From assembly GCA_964016885.1 (NCBI GenBank), contig OZ024750.1:50840001-50904000 (forward strand): a stretch of DNA of 64,000 nucleotides, written 5' to 3'. Of the stretch, positions 53,405 through 64,000 are shown in pieces. Source of the DNA: Eledone cirrhosa (taxonomy: Eukaryota). Made by a program: the position numbers and the translations under genes. Within the stretch, counting starts at the first letter, position 1. Every line of letters begins with the position of its first letter. The notes beneath the pieces are model-generated. The model was not told the DNA's origin. It searched no databases and saw only the letters and a list, made by a program, of their open reading frames with translations.

Positions 53405-55675
53405 GAAACATTGTTGTCCCTGATCAAGAGGAAGCGAGAGTACATAGGAATTTATAGAAAAATAAGAAGACTCATTGCCAGAACACCTGGTGTCAATGAC
53501 AAAGATGGACAAAAGTGTATCTGATGACAGAGATCAGCGACTTGTAGGCGGCAGATAGACAATCCACAAGGTGGATGACAAGCAGACGAAATATAGAAAC
53601 GAATGAGAGATAAGTTTTCTCATTTTTTTATGGATTGAAATATACTCTCACTTCGTCTCTATCAGAGATAACAATGTTTTTTCCTTGAACTTTAACATAG
53701 CTATGATTAGCTTTCTATTTATGACAGACACCACTGCTTGAGGTCCACTATCCCATTATCTTCTTTTCTTTGTCCTTTTATCTCTCCTTTTTGTTTCATC
53801 ATACACACATCATACCAACAGAAAGATTTATTTTTTCTGTTACACGATCCGGTATTTTAAAACAGTACTCGTAATTAAGTCGGGCGAAACATTTTGCTGG
53901 TTTGAGAGCTGGTGAGGGTGAATATGTGTCTTGCACGTCGCCTTCCTTCATTTCCTTTGTCCAGGCAATTACATGCGCCAACACATTTCTCTTTGTCCTC
54001 CTGATGAATTGCCTCTCTGCCGACCACAGGTCGCTGGTCTCTGTCTTCTCAGGCATTTCGCCCATCGCATTGGCTGTTTTAACAGCTGTCCCAGTGATGA
54101 GTTTTCTCATTTCTCTATGAATTCAAATATATATATATATATATGTGTGCGCACGCGTATGTGTGTTGTGTGGGGGTTGCGCGTGCGTGTATATATATAT
54201 ATATATATAAATATATATAAATATATATATAAATAAATATATAAATATATAAATATATATATAAATATATATATATACACACATATATAACCATATTTAT
54301 TTTTAAGACAGTGTATGAATAGACAATAAAACAATCATTATATATATTAGATTATTGAATAAATGTTGTGAGGAAGAGAAATAGTTTAGAGTCTAGTAAA
54401 CGTACCTAAAGAATAAGATATATATTTAAAACAATAAAATGTGAATAGCCATTTCAGATGCAGACGATAACCACTTAGATTAAATTAAATGACAGCTTAA
54501 GTAAAATCTGAAAGCATTTTCAATTTAGAAAAATATTATTCGTAAATCGAATTATTTAGCGTGTCATCGACGGCCGTCCCTTCAGCCATTGCCGACACTA
54601 AACTGTAATTGTACTTACCATTTATTACCACATGTATCACATAATGGGTATAACTACTTTACTAAAGATTCTCACTATTTACGAAAATCCAATTAGAAAT
54701 GTTCTTCTTCCGGCCAATTCTCGTTTTTGAAACAATGAAGGAAATATATTCAATTTGGTATCACAAGTATATAGTTATGAATAAATGAATAAATCAATAC
54801 GTTGAATATGGCTATCACCATTGTCTATACTCCAAACTATATCTGAAAAGATACTTGAATCTGATGAAAAATAAAAACAAAATAAGAAGACACAAAGATA
54901 GGTTTCTGTTCAAGTTTGGAAGTGTGAAGTTTGGAAGTTGGAAGATCGATCTATGCATGTTAACATCTCAAATACATTTCTGTACCACTAGTTTCTATGA
55001 TGTCGTTTGATCTGCTTCAAATAAGACAGGAACGACTCTGAAATTACATTCTGCTGCTTTACAAAGGTTATGACCCAGTGCAAGGAGGTGTCCGGTGTAT
55101 TCTGACGAAGGAATTTCCAAGACTGGAAATAACGTGACTATAATACTCTTCGGCTTCAGTTGAACCTGCTGCACACTAGTGGTAACAGCAACTAACCGTC
55201 GAAGACAAGAAACGAAATTCAGTGAGATAGAGAATTATTTCCAATAAAAAACAAAGGAAAAAGGGTCTTAATACTTCTACAAAAACTCTCTTATTGTTTC
55301 GAAACATTCGCAACATTTTGTTGAGGATATATATGAAATTAAAATGAATATATATAGGTTTCAGCAAAACAACAGGAGGCCGGGCAGGTGATGTTCCTGT
55401 AAAGATTTATTGCTGCAAAAACACTATATATATTTCAATGACCTGGTTACGTAAGATCATGACGATATCATCAGGTTCAGATGCATAATTAATTAATCAA
55501 TAATATTTTATTGGGGGACTCCCTGCAATCTAGGTCTTTCAGGTATCTATATTTGAAGTTCTAGTTAAATTTTAATTAGTTACCTATCTAACTATGTGTG
55601 CTTACATTCTTTACAAATTATTCCCTGTGATTGTTCCATGTATTTATTTTATATATATACATGTCAATCCATTTC

Positions 55676-55733
<58 letters not shown>

Positions 55734-55811
55734 CGAAAGATTAATATGGTTCTGGAGTTATTAATATTATTCAAAATATTAATAAATGAAGACGTTCCCA
55801 TAATCAAAATA

Positions 55812-55879
55812 TATGTTTTATTATATATATTTCGGAGGCACTGTGCAGTTTTTCAGTACGTCTTCATCAGATAAAATAT
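55812..55879 (-). ncRNA. Type I hammerhead in a ~190-bp insert between (TA)n tracts
   Basis: TATTTTAT-CTGATGA-..GTACTG...CAGTGC..-GAAA-TATATA-TA-ATAAAACA. Confidence 0.75.
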
Positions 55880-55932
55880 ATGAATTGATGTATGACATAC
55901 ATCAACTGTCTTGATGGTTCAATTCCAGTATT

Positions 55933-56029
<97 letters not shown>

Positions 56030-56175
56030 AAATAAACTTCAAATATAAATACCTAAAATGTATCTATATTTGAAGTTCTAGTTAAACTTTAATTAGTTAC
56101 CTACCTAGCTATGTGTGCTTACATTCTTTACAAATTAGTCCCTGTGTGTTCCATGTATTTATTATATATATACAA

Positions 56176-56234
<59 letters not shown>

Positions 56235-56347
56235 AATCTATTTGTAGTTGATATGTAATGCTCGGATCTATTCATTAGAACCTTTGAGCTTATTCTACAG
56301 TGGATATGGTGCATGTCTCTCAGATATGACAACCCTTAATTTAATTT

Positions 56348-56405
<58 letters not shown>

Positions 56406-56455
56406 TGTATATACAAAGCATTAAAATGATAACATTTTAGCTTAGAACATTTATT

Positions 56456-56502
56456 TGCTGACAATTGTTTCTTCCAGATGGAAGTCTGATATCATCGGAG
56501 CA
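56456..56502 (-). ncRNA. Type I hammerhead (U4->C mutation)
   Basis: TGCT-CCGATGA-stem II-GAAAC-AATT-GTC-AGCA. Confidence 0.65.
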
Positions 56503-58175
56503 TAGAGAATGTCGAAACATCTAACTAAAATCCTAATCATTTAGAACATTTAGGGTACATAATTGATGTTAGTGTCATAGGTAACATGTGGAGAGTCAGT
56601 AGTTAAACAGATGTTCTGCTTGAAAGAACACAATTACATGCAACACTGGTTGGAAGTGTAAGATGTATAAGCGAAAAGCACAAGCAAAAAAATACAGGCA
56701 AAAAAAAAAAAAAAAGTTTCAAGCAAGGAAAATTGGTGTACAATGCAGGAGTCAATACATTCAATAAGGCATGTATGAGGAAAGAGTTATAATGCAGTTG
56801 AAATAAACATATTTTGTGTGGGGTGTTAAAGCTTATTATAATTGTTATAAATGTTCAAGATAGTGTGCAATTTGTTAGAGAGGCATGTGTTGATAATGCT
56901 GGTATTTGTTATGCATTACACCTTACATTACACCTCCCGTTGTATTGTAATGCCTACGCCATTTTTATTTATTTATTTATTTAATTATTCTTGTCTCCGT
57001 CTCTGCACATGCGTTTACGTGTGTGTTTTCTGTTTGCTGTGTGTATTCGAGTCTGAGTCTATGTGTATTTGTATTCTATCTTTGTTCGCTAGTGTGTGTT
57101 TATGTGTGTTTTGTTGTTATTGTTCATGTGTATATTTATTTATTTATTCATATTTATCATAGGTCAGTATTATGTGTTTGTGTATGGTTGTTGTTATTCC
57201 ATTCAGTTTTTCTCTTCAAGTTTGGCTTTCTTAGTTCTATTTCAGTTGCTTATCTGATTTGTCTCCCTGTTGAGTCATTTCTATGTTTAAATATTATTTT
57301 AATTTCTATGTTTTCTATATTACCAGCATGTCTTTGTCTGGCGTGTTCATGTAGCACCCAACCGTCTTTTTGTTCGTTTAGTTTCCCCCAGTTTTGGTCT
57401 ATTCTTTCTCCTATGCTTCGAGCTGTCTCGCCTATGAATGTCGTTGTCATGTTTTGCTAGTACCCTCCGTATATCTCATGCTATATACTACATTTCTAAT
57501 TTTACAATGTATTTCAGGATTTATTCTACATATAACACATTTCTTATTCGTACAGTGACTTTGCTGATCAGGTATTTTATGGTGGTTCCTGGCTTTTCTA
57601 CCACTTTAATCTTTAGATGGGTGTTTCTTAGGGCCTGTCTAAATTGGTTAGCTAATTTTCCACCAAGGATAGCATCCACGAATATGACACTCTGGTTTTC
57701 CCTATCTTATGTTTAGTCCTATCTATGCTATTCCATGATTTGCTCTTGTACAATGGGCAAAGTCCTTTCATGTCCAGTTCTATGAGGGTCTTATACTTCT
57801 CCGTTGCTCCTTTGTATACTCTGATTCTGTCTCTTTGGTTATAACCAGAGAACTGCATGCGGTTGATGAAATGTTGAATGTGTCTTTCCATTTGTGTTGG
57901 GTCGCACATGCGGGACACGTTCTTCACCACTCGTACCAAATCTGCGATCAGAATATTAAACTTCGCACTATTGGACATTGTTGAGTTTCTGAGTATAATG
58001 TATTTGAAGGGCATGGGTGTAGCATAATATGAGTGGAGAATTTGGGTTTTCTCGATATATGATATCTCCCGAATGAAATAGTTCTAGTCCTGTAGAAGCC
58101 ATTTCTATATTATATATATATGCAATATTATGTGTACATACATATATAATATTATATATACATACACACAGACAC

Positions 58176-58235
<60 letters not shown>

Positions 58236-58455
58236 CGTTTCTGAATTTGTTTAGCAAGATTCTTTATCTGAAATCGTGTGTTGAAACCGATATTGTTATA
58301 CTTTGGGAGGGTCATGTTGCCAATAAGAAACACACGCACCAGTTGCTTTCACTTCAATTTATTATATATTTATAAATTTATAAATTTACAAAGTTACAAA
58401 CTTATAAATTTCTGGTTGGTTGGTTGGTTCCACAACCAGATAGTTGTTTATATAT

Positions 58456-58500
58456 AGTCATAGTCCTTTCGTCACACACTATGTGACCTCTTCAGTGACT
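58456..58500 (-). ncRNA. Minimal type I hammerhead in the pLTR
   Basis: AGTCA-CTGAAGA-g-GTCACA tagtg TGTGAC-GAAA-GGAC-TA-TGACT. Confidence 0.8.
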
Positions 58501-58692
58501 GGGGATTCCTTTCTTTGTTTCTGTGCCTTTCCCTTCTTCTATCCTACGCCATTTTGTTTCTGTGTGTGTGTTGTGTGCTCAGTTTGCGCGTGCGCCACAT
58601 CCGGGTGTCTGTGTGTGTTTGTGTTCATTTATCTATTTGTTTATTTATTTATTTATTTATTGTTGGTTGGTTGTTTGACCCTCCCAAAGTAT

Positions 58693-58731
<39 letters not shown>

Positions 58732-59776
58732 GAGAACATTAGCACCTTCGGAAATACAAGATAGAGAAGTATGCTTTACAGCTGTGAGGTATGTAATTAC
58801 AATAGGAAACTACTGATGAAATTAAAGTTATGAACCATTTCGACTTATATTTGTAAATATACTTCTATAATAAAGCTAATTTGAACTAGTAATTTCGACT
58901 TTAGTTACCACGGGGGAAAAAAACTAATCAAATTGAATATAACAACAGATAATACAGTAAAACGTGTAATTAGGTTTGTTAAGATCTATGTAATGGTAGA
59001 AACTAGAAAATAAAGTCTGCTGATAAGAACTAAAAATATACAAATTAGAAACAGCTTTCTATTGTTATTGCAATAAAACGCGTTGATGTTTCTTGTCTTA
59101 ATATTATGATGTGGAACTGCGTCGGTTGCAACGATGTATGTTACAGTTGTATAAACAATAGAACAGTCAACTTGTGAAATGCATGTGAAAGCGTAGGGAC
59201 ATTTTATAGACACGTGTATCCTTGACATAGTTATCAGGCAGATTCAACATGACACAGTGTATGATAAGGCTGACGCATATATTTACAGGTACAACTCATT
59301 TTTTCGAGTGGTATTGACTGAAGAAATGTGAGATAAAGTGTCCTGTCCAAGGACGCATCGCCTCACTCGCTCTAGGAACCAAACTTACAACGTCGTGACA
59401 TGCACTGAATACCATAACTAATAAACCACGCGCCTTTATCTTATTTAGAAGATATTCCTAATAATTTACAGCCAAAAATGAATAGCTAATATTTTTCAAG
59501 ATTCTATATTTACTATTTTATTCCTAATTCGTTATCTTCTGTTGTGGATATAAATCTCGTTTTGGGTACAATGACTTCTTTGACAAGGATAGAAGTAAAA
59601 TATGCCGGAGTCGTGGGGACGCTGTCCAGACATACAGCGTGTCCTGACCATTTTAAACCAGAGTTGGACCAAATACCAAGGCATTATTAGTCCGACGCCC
59701 TAACAACTCTGCCATCACGTGGCCACAATACTGGAAGATTCAGAAGAAGAAAACTATACATATTTAGTAAAATAAT

Positions 59777-59990
59777 AATTTCTACTATAGGCAAAAGGCC
59801 AGTAATTTGGAGAGAGAGGAAAGTCGATTGAATTCACCCTAGTGCCTTACTGGCACTTGTTTTTGTCAACCCCGTAAGGATAAAAGGCAAAGCTAATCTC
59901 GGCGAGATTTAAACGCAGACGTAAAGGGCCGTGAATCTATGTCACAAAGCATACTGTCCGACGCTCTACCGATACTGCCAATCCACCGTA
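59777..59990 (-). mobile_element. OK-like SINE (diverged), with further fragments at 59650-59720 and 60000-60200
   Basis: Reverse complement of the SINE family seen elsewhere in the window. Confidence 0.8.
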
Positions 59991-60319
59991 ACATAATGTT
60001 GGCCAGAATCGATAGAGCGTGAGATTAACTGCCTCAATATTTGTTTAGGCTCAATTCCCGCCAAGCTAAACCTTGCGGGATCGATAAATAAGATACCAGG
60101 GAATGTTAAAGAGGTTGGAATGGATACTAAGTTTAGGCTGTTTGTCTTCTGAGTTCAAATTCAGTTTCCTTCTGTCAATTGTTGCGATAAAAGAATATGA
60201 CCAATGGAAGAACCTACGGAAACATAGTGTTCTCCTTGATCTCATCAGACGAGCAATTCCTTTATTTTATTTTCCTTTATTTCCTTTACTGTTTGTTGGC
60301 ACTCTTTACTATCAATTGC

Positions 60320-60669
60320 CATCCAATCTCCTCTCAATGAGAGTGCAAAACCTATCCTGGAAACGACATCCCACCTTGTCTAAAATCTATGGCAAACTGC
60401 CTCGTGCCTCTGCCCTTCTAAAATCCCGGAGAGCTCAATTTGCTGGCCACTGTCACGGTGCCAGCAATGAAATCATATCCGCTCTCTTGCTCTGGAACCC
60501 TGACTCCAGCCTGACTAGGAGTAGGAAGCTGTCATTCCCTGACGTTATCTCTAGGGATACAGGAATCAGTAGACAGGACCTGGGGGCAGTGATGGGGGAC
60601 AGGGAATTCTGGGGCATGAGGGTGAGATCCATCATCTCGACAGTAGTCGACGAATGATGATGATGATGA
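60320..60669 (+). mobile_element. 3' end of an RTE-like LINE with (TGA)n tail
   Basis: MRVQNLSWKRHPT..RRAQFAGHC..LLLWNP..MGDREFW followed by (TGA)n. Confidence 0.75.
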
Positions 60670-62075
60670 CTATCAACTACTTGTGTGTGTGTGTGGGGGG
60701 GGTAGTTAAATTCTCTCTTATTCCTCGTGATATAAAATGTATTCGAATGTTTGAACAAATTATTTGAATTTTTGCTTAGATGATTCAATTTTCACTATAT
60801 ATATATGTGTGTGTGTGTGTGTCTACATGTATGTATACGCATATATACTTGTGTATGTATGTGTGTATATATGTAAATTATTTAGTCATATATTCAGAAA
60901 TATTCAATATCGTTTTTTACATTAAATGTTCATAGTAAATAATTTTAGTAACATGCAATTTACTTAATCTTAATAAATTCATAATTTTATCATTTTATAA
61001 TTTGATAATTATATGCTTCTATAATTTTATAGCTATAGAATGTTATTATTTCCTAATTAATCTATTTTACATTATTATTGGATACAATTATTGAACTGTT
61101 ATTCTTCCACCAGACGATTCCATGGGTTATTTTGATACGTATACTAAAGGGGAAATTATTGCAGTAAGTTGACGAAGATAAATATTGTCTCGCTATACTC
61201 TGGTTTAACGCATTCGTGAATCTTTCCTTTAGGACCATGATGTGATATCTATCGTTTTCCAAACGTTAAATTGTTGCTTTCTATCTTTCTCTTCCGTGTG
61301 GCCTCTCTGGAAAACATACGGTTTAGTGTTTTCAATTCATTTTGATCCCAAAGTTTTATGTATTTGCTTATTTATTTTTGTAGATGTCTGGGATCGATGA
61401 GTGTCAATGATTCTGTAAAGGAGACGACGTTTTAAAAGGTTTGAGGTCCATCGTATTGCCTGGAACACCCACACACCGAACGTTCTACGAATTATAAGGT
61501 ATGGTCCAAAGATAATTTAAATCACAGTTGTAATGCACACCTTCTGTGAGGACACCTGGCGGTATTAGGTTCACAATCCTAAAGGCATGAGTTGGATTCC
61601 CAGCAGCAGATTGTGCTATTAAAATACACACTTTTTATACATTACCCCAGACCACTCAACTGGCAAAGATTTGTTGTACACGTGATTAAAAAGGCTAACC
61701 TGTCCATACAATGTGTCATGCTGATATCACAGGCAATTACTTTACGTGTACACGTGTCTCTCGAATGCGGAGCCACTTATATATAAATTTCATAATCAGG
61801 ACCAACACCCGATGAAACTGTAAACATCCTCATGCCATACATGAATAGAAGAAAGAGGTTACGGCTCACTTTCCCGAAACGGGGGCTGAGGTGTGTAGGA
61901 ACTCTACTGAAATATTGGGAAAGGAAGGGAATGTCCCTTTTTTAACTCAATACAATTGAATTACATAGCGTTCTGATTGATATGCTCAATATTAAATACA
62001 TACTTAGGATATTAGCAGATATATGTTTTCCATACACATACGCATACATAGTCAAACAAACACACACACACAAAT

Positions 62076-62108
<33 letters not shown>

Positions 62109-62423
62109 CTAATGTATTGAGCACCTTACTCACACACACACACACACACAAACATATATATATATATATACATATAATGTGTGAGAAAAACCACAAACCC
62201 TCCATCTCAACTCTACTTTTGAAAAGCAGAAGACCTGCGAAACCGGTAAAGGAACCAAATAAATACATTTAAATAAAGAAGACTCCAGTTGCATTTTCCA
62301 TTTCATCTATTTTCCTTAAACTTTCACTTGTGTAGGACACCTCGTTTGTTTTCATTTTGTAAAAATACCTCACTTTCTAAAACATATAATATATATATAA
62401 ATATAATATGTAAATTTAATATG

Positions 62424-62480
<57 letters not shown>

Positions 62481-62486
62481 GTAACA

Positions 62487-63181
62487 TTCACTTAATTGTT
62501 GCGAACGAAACAAATTTAAAATGTGTCCGGGTATCACAGCTATTGCCAATATAGGTTTGTTTTTATTGATTTATTATTTTAAATCGAGACAGGCAAACCG
62601 TATTATTCTAATTAGTATTTTTCAACCTAGCTAACTTGGTCATTTGCAATGCGAACACATGTATACTTGTATCAGTGTTTATCCCTCTCATATATTCATT
62701 TGTATTACACGGCTCGGAAATATTCCTTTCTTTGAGCTATTTAATTGTAAAAGACTATTTTTTGTTTATAACTCTATATATAATATTCTCGGCTCCATAC
62801 ATAGAGTCCCATAAAACCGGCTGCTATTTTTAGCGGCAGGAGAATGGGATGAGTTAGGCGCTGTGACACATGTGCGTTCAACAACACATTTCTCTCAGTC
62901 TTCTTAAGTATTTTGAAGTGAAACCTACCAATTTCTGGATACCCGCAGAAGAGCACAAGAATAGGAATGTTCACTTAATTGTTGCGAAACAAATTTAAAA
63001 TTTGTCGGGATATCACGGCTATTGCCAATATAGGTTTGTTTTTATTGTTTTATTATTTTAAATCGAGACAGGCAAACCGTGTTATTTTAATTAGTATTTT
63101 TCAACCTAGCTAAGATGGTCATTTGCAATGCGAACACATGTATACTTGTATCAGTGTTCATCCCTATCATATACTTATTTG

Positions 63182-63184
<3 letters not shown>
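62487..63184. repeat. Partial-tandem non-coding element (~484-bp period, ~215-bp direct repeats) between (TA)n tracts
   Basis: 62487-62704 is repeated at 62969-63184. Confidence 0.8.
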
Positions 63185-63237
<53 letters not shown>

Positions 63238-63275
63238 ATATTAACAAATGGAAACTATATTTATAAAACCATATT

Positions 63276-63341
63276 TATTACATTATACATATTTCAAGGG
63301 CCACCAAGGCAAACTATCGTGCGCTTTCATCAGATAAAATA
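63276..63341 (-). ncRNA. Type I hammerhead (same family as 31004-31064)
   Basis: TATTTTAT-CTGATGA-aag..ctt-GAAA-TATGTA-TA-ATGTAATA. Confidence 0.7.
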
Positions 63342-63587
63342 TAATATAGGTTAGTTTTATAAATAAATATTTTCATACCCTGAAAAAATACAACCATTCG
63401 TGTTGGAAACTCCTGGATATATAAATATTATGCATATCCGCAGTTGAAAAAGTATATAATGCTGAAACCGGTACCTTTAGTAAATGCGGAAATATCCACT
63501 TTATAAATAAATAAATGTTTTAATATTACACTGAAAGAATCTCTTCAGCATTTTCTACTGAAAAAATCTTCTTCTTTTCTACTATTT

Positions 63588-63694
<107 letters not shown>

Positions 63695-64000
63695 GTGTGG
63701 TGTGGTGTGTGTGTGTGTGTATGTGTGTGTGTGTATTACATATTAAATTTAAGTGAAAGATACTATATGGGTGTATAAGCAAGACAGAGAAAATTAAGTT
63801 GGTTTCACTTATATAGATTTATTATTACCAAGATTTCGTTTATGGGAGAAGCAAATTATTGAAATAAATGTTGGAAGAATCCACAAAACTCTTCAGGGAT
63901 GTAATTCTTCAAGACTAAGGCTATAGTGATCATGAAACTATACATACAGTTTCATTGCCGAGGCAACATGCTGTCCTATCAAATGTTGACCTATTATTTT

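Larger units (their letters stand above)
56420..58700 (-). mobile_element. Decayed, internally deleted PLE related to 22377-26957 (possibly two adjacent pieces)
   Basis: 57150-58050 encodes frameshifted SAKFNILIADLVRV..FIGETARSIGERI. 58230-58700 has the MTLPKYNN pLTR with an inverted tail. Confidence 0.85.

Overview
AT-rich, microsatellite-dense eukaryotic DNA made almost entirely of transposable elements; I find no convincing host gene. The abundant tRNA-derived SINE resembles octopus OK-type SINEs, so the source is probably an octopod cephalopod (inference). Contents: at least seven Penelope-like element (PLE) copies or fragments, including a near full-length RT + GIY-YIG element with 364-bp pseudo-LTRs (22377-26957); Tx1/L1-like, R4/Dong-like and RTE-like LINE remnants; three Helitrons with intact TC...hairpin-CTAG ends, one carrying a PIF1 helicase fragment; SINEs with target-site duplications; minisatellites. 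The main hidden layer is RNA structure. Reading both strands by eye gives about 19 well-formed and about 10 degenerate type I hammerhead ribozyme motifs, in PLE termini and in small non-coding repeats. They include minimal palindromic-stem-III forms, forms with 55-90 nt stem II insertions, and a family with a compensatory U3:A8 core pair. There is also a nested palindrome whose inner arms carry almost only T->C changes, and a covarying pseudoknotted repeat with hammerhead core pieces in non-canonical order. Most short ORFs in the track are microsatellite artefacts. Coordinates and folds were determined by eye.
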